From Podarcis filfolensis (Eukaryota): a DNA stretch of 64,000 bases. The position numbers were made by a program, and so were the translations under genes. Positions 11,257 through 21,564 of this stretch are shown here, one piece after another (the stretch's first letter is position 1; each line of letters opens with the position of its first letter). The DNA lies in the NCBI GenBank assembly GCA_964270895.1, contig OZ185435.1. The stretch is one strand, 5' to 3'. The notes under the pieces are model-generated. The model saw only the letters and a program-made list of their open reading frames with translations. It ran no database searches and was not told where the DNA came from.

Positions 11257-12749
11257 GTATGTTCTTGCTGCTCTTACATTATTTTTTCCCTAAAATAAAT
11301 AATGAAATGCATTTCACAGGGAAACGTTTGGAAACCGCAATAACTTGAGGCACAACCCAGGAAAAATGAATTGCACCCAAGTTCCACTGAAATGAATGGG
11401 CTTAAGTTAGTCGAGAGAGCAAACCTGCTCCCACTGTCTCTGTTCCCATCAGCTTCATGGAGTGGGAAGGTAAGAAGGAGGACTCTTCACATAGACTCCT
11501 CCATGTGGACGGGAATCTCCTGCAATCAGCTGAGTACATGAAGATTCCCCCTCCAGACCTTCCCACTCAGTGTGTAAAGTTCTGCAGCTAGTAGTGGGAG
11601 AAGAGGCTAGCATGTGCAACTCTGGTCCTCTCTATATACCGGAAAGGAAGGCATCCGGTTGGGGAAAGCTCTTCTTTATGTTGGAGGTGAATGCCTGAAC
11701 GGGTCTTGCTAACTTGCTGATGGTGCTCAATAACTTTTAAAGGACATTTTCCCAAGTTCGAAGCTGCGTTAAGGGAATTAATAACTACTTTCAGTGGAAG
11801 ATATGATTAAACTTTACCTCGTAAGCTATTGTTAGAAAACCTAACAAGCCTTTCTCAGCGGCTGCACCCAGGTTTTAAAATACCCTACCTGGTGAGGCCC
11901 GTTTGGGCCCTCTAACTGCTTTGCGATGATTGATTAAAACATTGCGGTGAAACAACAACCAGTTTTATTATACGGTTGCTGCTGGACAAATTATTTCTAT
12001 AAGGTAGACTTTCATTTTAGAATGCTCCTAGCATCCGAGCCGGTTTTCATTCCCGGTTAATTGTAAACCACTCTGAATGATGCAGATGTGTTAGAAGGGC
12101 AGGATATACATTTTGTAGAATAAATAAATTTGGAAATTCTCTGCTCCAAGTGCTACTTCTGTTGTCAGATGAAGAGACCAGTGCTAGCAGAATCTTCCAC
12201 GGCAAAGGGGCCCGTGAGTTAGGCAGTCTAGATGCCATAGCTTCCCTTATGAAGTTGGCCATGGCAACAGATAGTCAGTCGTTGAACCCCACATCACATG
12301 AGCAGCATTTCCCTTACACAACAGGACTTCCCCCTCTTTTTCTCCTCCTGCAGCTCCCTTCCCTGGGTTCCCTCAATGCTCCAAAGCAAGTGTTGGGCAC
12401 ATGTGGGGCCTGCAGAGGTGAAGAGAATCCTGTTGTACAAGGAAAATTTCTGTCCCACTTGCACATGGAGGCTCCTGGATACCTCAGTGGGCATTATTGA
12501 AGTATTAACTATTAACATTTGCTGCCCCTTCACCATGGAAGGCAAGCATCTTCCATGGTTATATAGGCATCTTGAACTAGTATTGTTGAGAAGCTTTCTA
12601 ATGTCTTCCTTTATTCTTGCGTATGGGTTACAGCTGCTGTTGATTTTAATGTGTGTGCGTGTTTGTGAGTATTCAGTGTCAAATCTGTAAGAAAATAGCT
12701 CCATTCTGAATACTAACCCAAACGGGCTTTGATCATTCTCTTTAAACAG

Positions 12750-12913
12750 TGAGAGGTCCATTTCCTGTGAGGCCTTATTCTCAATACCCGCCTCCAAGGG
12801 CTGGGTTTTTTCCACCACTGCCACCTGAGAGCAGAAATGAAATGCCTGCTGAGTTAGCACATCCGTCAACTGCATCTTCTGCAACTCCTCAAGAATCACA
12901 ACAAGAAACTTGA
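12750..12913 (+). CDS. MIA2: MIA2/cTAGE5 terminal coding exon (RGPFPVRPY...GFFPP...QQET-stop)
   Basis: AG at 12748-12749, TGA at 12911-12913; C-terminal QQET as in human cTAGE5. Confidence 0.93.
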
Positions 12914-13065
12914 CTCTATTTTGAACTAGCTCTATCCTTTTCCTCTCAAGTCAGTAATTTGCTGTTAAGTAGCTATTGTTACTTAACTGACTGTATTATT
13001 GCTCAAATTGAAGCTTAATAGGATAATTCTCAGGAGAGTGCCCTGTAAATAATGGTCTAACTGTG

Positions 13066-13071
13066 AATAAA
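13066..13071 (+). terminator. Probable MIA2 polyadenylation signal
   Basis: AATAAA ~150 nt after the stop codon. Confidence 0.55.
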
Positions 13072-13326
13072 TGGATTTTCATTGTACAGCAGTAACTAAA
13101 TTATTTTTAATTTGCATATCTAGGAGATGTAAAAATTTGTACCATGTAAGAACTCTCCCATTGTTTTGGTCTCATAGAAAATATTTGCATGTGAAGAGAA
13201 TACTTGTAACAAAAGGCAATGTGAAAAAAATTAAATGGATTTAATAATTTTTGGCATTTTGACTCTTCAGTGAAACAAGTATCTCTGCTTTTTTGTTTTC
13301 TAAGGGTAGAGCACATGGGTTTAGAA

Positions 13327-13462
13327 CAGGGTTTCCCAAACTTGGGTCTCCAGCTGTTTTTGGACTACAGTTCCCATCACCCTGGACTACTAGTCCTGCT
13401 AGCTAGGGATGATGGGAGTTGTAGGCTAAAAACAGCTTGAGATCAAAGTTTGGGAGACCCTG
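13327..13462. mobile_element. Palindromic hAT MITE
   Basis: TIRs CAGGGTTTCCCAAACTT/AAGTTTGGGAGACCCTG; TSD GTTTAGAA/CTTTAGAA (7/8). Confidence 0.85.
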
Positions 13463-13529
13463 CTTTAGAAGTTACACCTCCTACATAGCCACTGCTATTG
13501 GTCTGAATTCACAGGTATTAGGTAGGGAA

Positions 13530-14400
13530 GTGGCCTGTTATAGATGGGGTTGCACTCACCTGGGAAAAGCAAGTCTGTCCTTTGAGCAGGGGTGGCAGTG
13601 CTCCTGGATCCAGCACTGTCACTGAAGATTCAGATAGATTTGGTGGTTAGGAGGAGTGCCTTTTTCCAGCTTCAGCTGGTTTGTCAGTTAAGACCCTTTA
13701 ACAGAGATTACTTAGCCACTACTCCATCCTCTGGTCTCTTCCAGATCAGATTATTGCAACGTGATGCTATGTTCTACAAAAGCTGCCCTGGTTGCTAGCT
13801 TCTAGGCCCGATTCAAGGTGCCCACATTAGTGCAGAGGGAAGTGAGGGGCAGATAGGGCTCATCAACCTGTGAGGGTAAACCCATTGAGAAAACACTGGC
13901 CCTAAACTTCTGCTGCCTTGTGTGACATCTTTGAGTAAAGAAAAGGCTAAGGAGTAAACCCTATACAAATCCATATGGTTGGATGGCCTCTTGTATGCCT
14001 CCTTACATCAACTTGTGCAGCCACGTTAGTGCCAGACCTATTTCTGGTTTTTTGGACCACATCAGCAAAGCCAAAGGGAGGGTCTTGTCGCTTGGGTAGC
14101 CCAGGACCTTCATACACACTGCCCAGGCTTGCGCCCTGGGGAGGTCATTTCAGTGCTGCTAATGCTGCGGTTTGACTTCACCCCTTGGAACTGCACTCAT
14201 TGTTGAGAGACGGATGGATGCCAATATCATTAGTGTTTAAAGTCTTAAACTATTTGGGTTCCAAATACCTGAAAGACTGCCCTACAGACCTCTTGCATGA
14301 GGGGGTCCTCCTGGTAGCATTGTTTGGCAGGTGGCAGCCTGTTTCCTGTGGAATTCCCTCCCCAGAGAGGTGCATGTAGTACCTTCATTTCCTATATGCT
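13530..14400 (+). mobile_element. Degenerate L2-clade LINE ORF2 fragment interrupted by an insertion at 13833-14227
   Basis: Broken frames give LDPALSL...SAFFQLQLVCQLRPF and ARFKV|LVFKVLNYLG.KYLKD, resembling L2 ORF2 C-terminal motifs. Confidence 0.7.
13833..14227. mobile_element. Unclassified 395-bp insertion nested in the L2 fragment
   Basis: Flanked by direct repeat CATTAGTG at 13825-13832 and 14228-14235; no TIRs. Confidence 0.65.
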
Positions 14401-15439
14401 GAAGATGCACCTGGGTGTGCTGGTCTTTTGACACCAAAGATATGTATGTTATGATCCATCCTATTATTCCGATTATAAATTCTTTTAACCAATTTCAATA
14501 CTGAATCTATCCTGGAACCTTTGGGTCATTTCACACTTTTAGAGTTCTCTTCATTATGAGGTGCAAGTGGCTCTGTCTGTCTTGCCTTTTAAATGGACAC
14601 TGAAGACATTGTGTTTTGTTGAAAGGCTGGTGTATACTGAAGTCTTAATTGCTGTTTTTCATTTTTCGTCCACTATTTGAAACATTAGATAGTACTCAAC
14701 ACTAGTTCTACTCTCACTGAAGTTAATGGACATGCTTAACTTAATTAATGAACTCAAGTAGGATTTGATTGAATACAACTCTTTGCGAGGTGCCTTGCAT
14801 TCAATATGACCTCACAATTTGACTTTCCCTCCCCTCATCCACATGTTACAAGTGCACCTGCCTCAGACACCACAGCTTGTTAACAGCTTTAGTGGGTTTT
14901 TTCCTGTGTTGCACCAAAAGCAGGCCATTAGAACATCTTTGTTTCAACTTGTGCATTTCCATACTTTTCTGCGAGTTATGTAGGCTTAGGGAGCATTCAT
15001 TAACCATTAAGAATGAAAAACTTAAAGGGAAGCTGGTTCTGCCATTTGCTGATACAGGTAAGTGCTAATTTACTTGTAACATCATGATCTACCTATGCCA
15101 TGTGGCCCACAAGTCAAACATTTTGAAGGGTTAGCATTACACATTACACATGCATAGCTGAGGTCACAAAGCAAAGAAAAGCTGCTTTCGAAGGCAGGGG
15201 AATTTTAGTGCGCAAAAGCAGCTGGAAGTGGCTGATTGCCCATTCCTAGTCACTCCAAGTAGGTTTTCCTTCTGCGTTCAAAGACAGGATCCAGGTTTCA
15301 GATCCATGTGTTTGCTTGTAACTGTTAGCCCCTTAGTTAAATTGATCTCACAAGAGCAGTTAAGTGTGTGGTTGATTCTTGTACTGATATCAAGGGTATG
15401 TACAAACACTTAGCTTTTGCTGGATTGTATCCTAGGTGC

Positions 15440-15786
15440 GGGGGACGCGGGTGGCGCTGTGGGCTTGCCGATCGCATGGTCGGCGGTTCGTATCCCCGGA
15501 GCGGGGTGAGCTCCCGTCTCTCGGTCCCAGCTCCTGCCCACCTAGCAGTTCGAAAGCACCTTTAAGTGCAAGTAGATAAATAGGTACCGCTTTATAGCGG
15601 GAAGGTAAACGGCGTTTCCGTGTGCTGCGCTAGTGCTGGCTCGCCAGAGCAGCTTCGTCACGCTGGCCATGTGACCCGGAAGTGTCTCCGGACAGTGCTG
15701 GCCCCCGGCCTCTTAAGTGAGATGGGCGCACAACCCTAGAGTCGGACACGACTGGCCCATACGGGCAGGGGTACCTTTACCTTTAC
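15440..15786 (+). mobile_element. Sauria SINE with a 5' internal deletion
   Basis: GGGACGCGGGTGGCGCTGTGG head, (ACCTTT)n tail, 12-bp TSD TATCCTAGGTGC at 15428-15439 and 15787-15798. Confidence 0.92.
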
Positions 15787-16487
15787 TATCCTAGGTGCAG
15801 GGGTTGCAAACCTGTGGGTCATCAGTTATTGAACTACAGCTCCCATCAGTCCCACCCAGGATGCCTGCCCCATGTTCAGGGTTGATGGTAGTTATGGGAA
15901 GATACCACATTAGCCACCCGTGTGTGTGTGTTGTGTTGAACTATAAAACATGAAGGAACTAGTAACAAATTTCAAGGGGGGAAATGTAATTTTGTCACAC
16001 AGAACAAGCTGCTGTTTGTCCATCTACCGTATAGTCACCCAGAAAGTACAGCAATAAGAATAAATAGATAACATGTAAAGCCAAAGGCATGGTAAGTGTT
16101 CACAGTCTATTTAATAGTGGGACATGGATATAAGTACTACACAGTTGTTGCTGTTTTAGAACACATTCAATTTTGATATAAGCATTTGCTACGGGAGGGA
16201 TTTGGGCTTTCCATATTCTACACTTTTAAAGATTTATTCTGCCAGTTTAAGCAAACAATATCAAATTATGATAGCTGGTCTGGTCTTCTACTTAGCTTGG
16301 TTTCCTAAAAAAAATTGTTCATAAAGCATTAGCCAAATAAATGTCTGACTTACTTCAGAACTCAAGGCTTTCTGGATTTAAACAGTGGAAACAAGCAAGA
16401 TAGTTTTCAACGAAAAGTGTGATTTGTTCAGTGCTAAAACTACCATGCTGATATAATAAAATATTTTTCCATGATCAATTTTAATGC

Positions 16488-16493
16488 TTTATT
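16488..16493 (-). terminator. Possible FBXO33 polyadenylation signal (3' UTR ~1.7 kb)
   Basis: TTTATT on + strand = AATAAA on - strand. Confidence 0.45.
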
Positions 16494-16654
16494 CATTGAT
16501 TAAAAGAATATACATTTAACATAAACCATACAACATCAGTCATCAAGTCAAACACTCAGCTGGTTTCCTTACAATTTCTGTCAGGAGTTACTTTAGTCTG
16601 ATCACATTTATAAGATAAAATCTCACCACATCTGGCATTCACACACACTGTGCC

Positions 16655-17026
16655 NNNNNNNNNNNNNNNNNNNNNNNNNNNNNNNNNNNNNNNNNNNNNN
16701 NNNNNNNNNNNNNNNNNNNNNNNNNNNNNNNNNNNNNNNNNNNNNNNNNNNNNNNNNNNNNNNNNNNNNNNNNNNNNNNNNNNNNNNNNNNNNNNNNNNN
16801 NNNNNNNNNNNNNNNNNNNNNNNNNNNNNNNNNNNNNNNNNNNNNNNNNNNNNNNNNNNNNNNNNNNNNNNNNNNNNNNNNNNNNNNNNNNNNNNNNNNN
16901 NNNNNNNNNNNNNNNNNNNNNNNNNNNNNNNNNNNNNNNNNNNNNNNNNNNNNNNNNNNNNNNNNNNNNNNNNNNNNNNNNNNNNNNNNNNNNNNNNNNN
17001 NNNNNNNNNNNNNNNNNNNNNNNNNN
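16655..17026. other. Assembly gap (372 N)
   Basis: Run of N. Confidence 0.99.
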
Positions 17027-17126
17027 TTTTAAAGCCTCTCAGATATAACAAGATTTTAAAACATACTTCATGGAATGTTCTTCATGCATCATAGCAGCTC
17101 ATACCTGTGATAGAACAAGGTTTGTA

Positions 17127-17294
17127 NNNNNNNNNNNNNNNNNNNNNNNNNNNNNNNNNNNNNNNNNNNNNNNNNNNNNNNNNNNNNNNNNNNNNNNNNN
17201 NNNNNNNNNNNNNNNNNNNNNNNNNNNNNNNNNNNNNNNNNNNNNNNNNNNNNNNNNNNNNNNNNNNNNNNNNNNNNNNNNNNNNNNNNNNNNN
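17127..17294. other. Assembly gap (168 N)
   Basis: Run of N. Confidence 0.99.
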
Positions 17295-18209
17295 TGCCCC
17301 TGCCAGCATGTGGGCACTTCTTCGTTTTAAATCTATTCTTTGGCAGCTGACACAGGCGCTGACAGAGAAAATCCAGTGACTTAGTTGCTAGGGATTTCAC
17401 GACTAATGTTTGTTTGCAAGCAAAGTAGACTTAAATTTATATCTTTAAATCATTATGGTTTTACCCCATCGGAGTGTAGAGACTTGACGTTTCTTTTTAA
17501 ATCTGGGCCCAAAGCTAACTTGTACGGAGAAGCTGACAGACCACAAGAAAAAGAAGCTACAATTAATTTACAATGAAACTACGATTGATAGCTTTCAGAG
17601 TCAGGTAAGCATCTGAAGAAGCTATACTGTGCAAGAGACAACTGCTTCATATTTAAGGAGGAGATTGCAGAGTGGCAATATTTCATGCTCCAGATATTGT
17701 ACATGAAATCAAAGCAAAGGTTTACAGTAAATGGTATTGGATAGTCCTGATTTTTCTCTCTTTAAAAAAAAAAAAGCTTTAAGTAGCATGCTACTAGTTT
17801 ACATGACAATGACTGCATTCAAAACCACTGGGCTATGGATAGTAAAAAGATTTTTGGCTCCTGAGCACAAAAACTCCGACAATAGTAAAATCAGTGAAGT
17901 TGCAGAGTTACTCAGTACAAAAAGAAAGTTAGCCGGCAACCTCAGACAACCTTCAGCCACATCTGAGTTTTGCTTTTTTTTTTTTTTTGTAGACAAGTCC
18001 ATTAACCGTGAAAGCCCTAAACGTTGCCACTTTCAGCTTCTAAACCAATACCCGACTACGTTCTTTGATCAAGAAGTAGAATATACATATATAATTCTAT
18101 ATAGCTAATACTGATTAAACACAGCACAAGAGGGGTTAATTCACACTACTGAAAAACATAATAGGACCCTACTTGCATATGTAACCACAGGAACTGTAAA
18201 TAAAGAGAA

Positions 18210-18481
18210 CTAAATGCCTTCACTGAAGCTTTGCATTTCTCTGTAAAAATGACGAGTTGGCTCAGTAAAGACACTGAGTAATTCTATGTCCATGACTGCG
18301 TGCCAAGGTCGGCCCAATCCAAGGGATACCTGCTCAATGAGATTGTGCACCGGATCCACATCCTGATCGGCCAATTCACCTTGGTCAAAATCAATGCTTT
18401 CTTCTGTGACTTCAAGCACTTTCAAATCAGAGCCACGAAGACGAGCAATGGCAATCAGGTTGTGAGCCCAAACAGTATAAC
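18210..18481 (-). CDS. FBXO33: FBXO33 exon 4, terminal (YTVWAHNLIAIARLRG...MQSFSEGI-stop)
   Basis: CAG| acceptor at 18482-18484, TAG at 18212-18210; total CDS 1614 nt = 537 aa. Confidence 0.96.
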
Positions 18482-19226
18482 CTGAAACACAAAAAACCAA
18501 TTACTAATTTTTAGGACTTTGTCTTTCTTCCCTCTCCCTCCCCACCCTACCCCAAAGGTAATTCAATATTTTACAGCCTCACAGCTAACGTCTCCCTATT
18601 TAGCAATTTTCCTAATGAGGTTCTTTTCAAGAAATCACCCCAGTAATTGGTCAGTTTACTTACTCGGTTAACTAAAAAAGTGAATATTGCTGCAGCTTCT
18701 TTTTGTATTTAATTTTTGCGGGGCTGCCTGTTTTTCCTTGCCCAATAAGTCCGGGCAGATGAGTAAGGAAATGTCTCATGGTATTTCTTGGTGGTTTTGC
18801 ACCATGATATGTATGTACCATAAAGGCTTGTGTTAAAGGAACCAATAATCGTAAAATATGTCGGGTGTAATACAACTTTGACGGGGAAGCCAGTAATGCC
18901 TGACTAAAGTAAAGACAATCCAACAGTGCAGGAACTTATTTTCCTACCAATTAAGGGTTGTTGGGTTGTTGTTTTTTGGCAACTGTGAGTCTTGTGTTCT
19001 GAAGGTAGTAACAGATTCCCACCGTATAATCATGTTTATATGCACAGCGTATCCTAGCCTGAAGCCAGAGGACAATTTATTCCCTGCCCCAACACCCAAC
19101 ACTTTGGGAATTCTCCCAAAACCTGGAGAAAAATACTTGAGTGGGAAATCTAAAGGGCATACCCATACCCATATGAATGTGTAGGTTTCTAAACTAGCAG
19201 TGTTTTGCCCCTATGTAATTGCCTAC

Positions 19227-19912
19227 CATGCACTGCCAGAAGAGAGAGCCTTGTGCACCTCCAGGCCAATAAAACCAATGGGTCTTCGGTTCGGTTGTCG
19301 CTGAGATCTGGGAAGCCAGACATATCTATCACATCATTCATTAGTATGAAATGAGTGAGGAACTTATCATACTGCCTAGATATGAGATCAACAACAGCTC
19401 CTGAAACGCAAGTGATGTAGCTGTCGAAGTGAATCCTCTCCAGTGGGATACTGGGTTTAAGAATCCTTAGCATGTCATCGCTCTTGATATCAAAAGCCAT
19501 TATATAGACCCGAAGATTAGTGCTGTTGCGTGTCAGTGCCTTCCAATCTTCGTCTTCTGGCATATTTTCCAGGGACTTGTGCATTACGGAAATATTGTGG
19601 ACCAGAAGAGACAGTCGATGCAAAGGCACATGGTTACTATCAGCCAGGACTCTTGCCATTTCTGCTGTAAAATCACAGAAATCCAAGGCGAGTGAGCGAA
19701 GACTGACAAAACGCTCCAATTCAACCGCAGTGATAAGAGTGGTATTACCAGGGATGTGGTTGTCCAGTAAACTCAGGTGTTCCATAGTGTTGGCAATAGG
19801 ATTTGAGAGAGATGACAATGATGTGGGTGTTACGATTTGTAGCATAAACCCGCATGACAGCCATTTCAGTTGCCTGCTGTTACCCAATATTTCTTCAAAC
19901 AGCTGCTGTATT
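19227..19912 (-). CDS. FBXO33: FBXO33 exon 3 (IQQLFEEIL...LAWRCTRLSLLAVH)
   Basis: 686 nt with canonical sites; covers most of ORF 19189..19887. Confidence 0.96.
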
Positions 19913-21453
19913 CTGCAAGAAGAAACAGACGCAACCGTCTTAATCTTTTATAGTTTAATTTTTTAATTCTGAGCCAAGTTCAATAGACAAAAAAGCAACA
20001 AAGCTTTACACCTTTAATGCAAATGGTGTTGCATTAGAAACACACTGGCTGTAGCAGGGGTGGGTGGGGTGGTAGTGAAGGAAAGATAGAACACCCCATT
20101 GCACTTGCTTTTTAAAGTTCTGTTGTCTTCCTTTTTGTTTTAAACAAATATAAAAGAAAATTCATTTTGCCCTTTTGGAACTGTGCATGCTAACTTGTTT
20201 TGATTCTCTTCCCCACATTTTGTAACTAGCATATGTGTAGGGTAGCTACCAATTGCTAGAAGTGCTAGAGAGCACAGCGTGGTGGGTTCAATAGTGCTTG
20301 TATCTACTCACTGCATCAGCACTTTGCGTATCTCATTCAAATGATACTCCAAAGGGAAAATCAGGACTGATTAATGCTGTATATGCTTGGACATCATTCA
20401 GCTTGACACTTGATTTGAAGCCAAATGGCGGGAGTGATATTTGATTATATGAAAGCTCTATCCGTGATGCTTGTTCCACGATAACCATTTCTCACATGCG
20501 AGTCATGACTTGGTACCACATTCAGAGTGATGGACATCTGTATGTAACCTATTTATACCGGCTGATGAAAATAATGGGGGGTAGGAAGTAACTTGCATCT
20601 TACGCTTATTTTACTTATGCAATTGCAACTTTGGTCGGCGGGGGAAATAAATATCTAACTGGAGAGTGGAGGAAACCCATTCTCCATTCATTTATTTTCC
20701 CCCACCCACCTGTGCAAAGCTGTGATTGCTGGTTTTAGAACAGCAGCTCTGGCAGAATCCAAACAACCCTCCATTTTGCCGGGGTGTGTGTGTGTTCCAA
20801 AGGGTTCCTGGCTTTATGCATTTTTGCATAAATGTGTGGACCCCTCACGTAAGATGTGAGTTAACTGTACCAGAAACCTTTCTTCTAATTAGCAAGTACA
20901 ACTCTGATAATGATGAGCATTCTAATCCCACCCTTCCACCAAGGAGCTGAGGCCAGCGTACATAGTCCCCACACGTCTCATATTTTACTCCTGAAGTTAA
21001 TTGTGAGAATAGTCAGGTTAATTGTGTCTGAAGCAGTATGAAAGTTGCTCAGTTTTTTTGCAAAATGCATCTGCTTTTAGCAATGTGGCATGGGTAGCAT
21101 AAAGTTTATACTGAGAATTGCTGGATGAAGATACTGATATAGCAGTTCCTGGCACCCCTTCTTGCTTTGCTTAAAATGATTTGTCCTAAAATGTGAATTT
21201 TGTAGGAGAAAATCTCCCAACTATTGCAAATAGCTTGTTTTTAGAGTAATCATGTTCTGAGAAAAGATGTCCAATTTGCAAAGGAAATTGCAACAACAAA
21301 GAACGATAGACACTGTGAAACCATCAGCCATTATTTTCAGTACTAAATCATCAGAGAAGACAATGGATTATATTCTAAAACAGCACATTTACAACACACA
21401 CATCCCATTTCTTTAAACTGCAATACTGTAACAATATATTTTGGACAACTTAC

Positions 21454-21564
21454 TGCTTAATCTTTTTTCCATCTGGATCCACTTTGCTGAGGTGCGTATT
21501 TGATATACTTCCATGTTGTTGCAGAATGCTTATATCACCAAAGAGACTTAATTTCTGGAGATTC
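21454..21564 (-). CDS. FBXO33: FBXO33 exon 2 (NLQKLSLFGDISILQQHGSISNTHLSKVDPDGKKIK)
   Basis: 111 nt, TAG| acceptor and |GTAAGT donor, phase 2-2; close match to the recalled human exon. Confidence 0.95.

Noticed and set aside
12294-12899. 201-aa minus-strand ORF
   Set aside because: Antisense to the MIA2 last exon and intron, starts at a non-ATG codon, no recognisable domain.
16623-17400. ORFs containing X runs
   Set aside because: Artefacts of translating N gaps.
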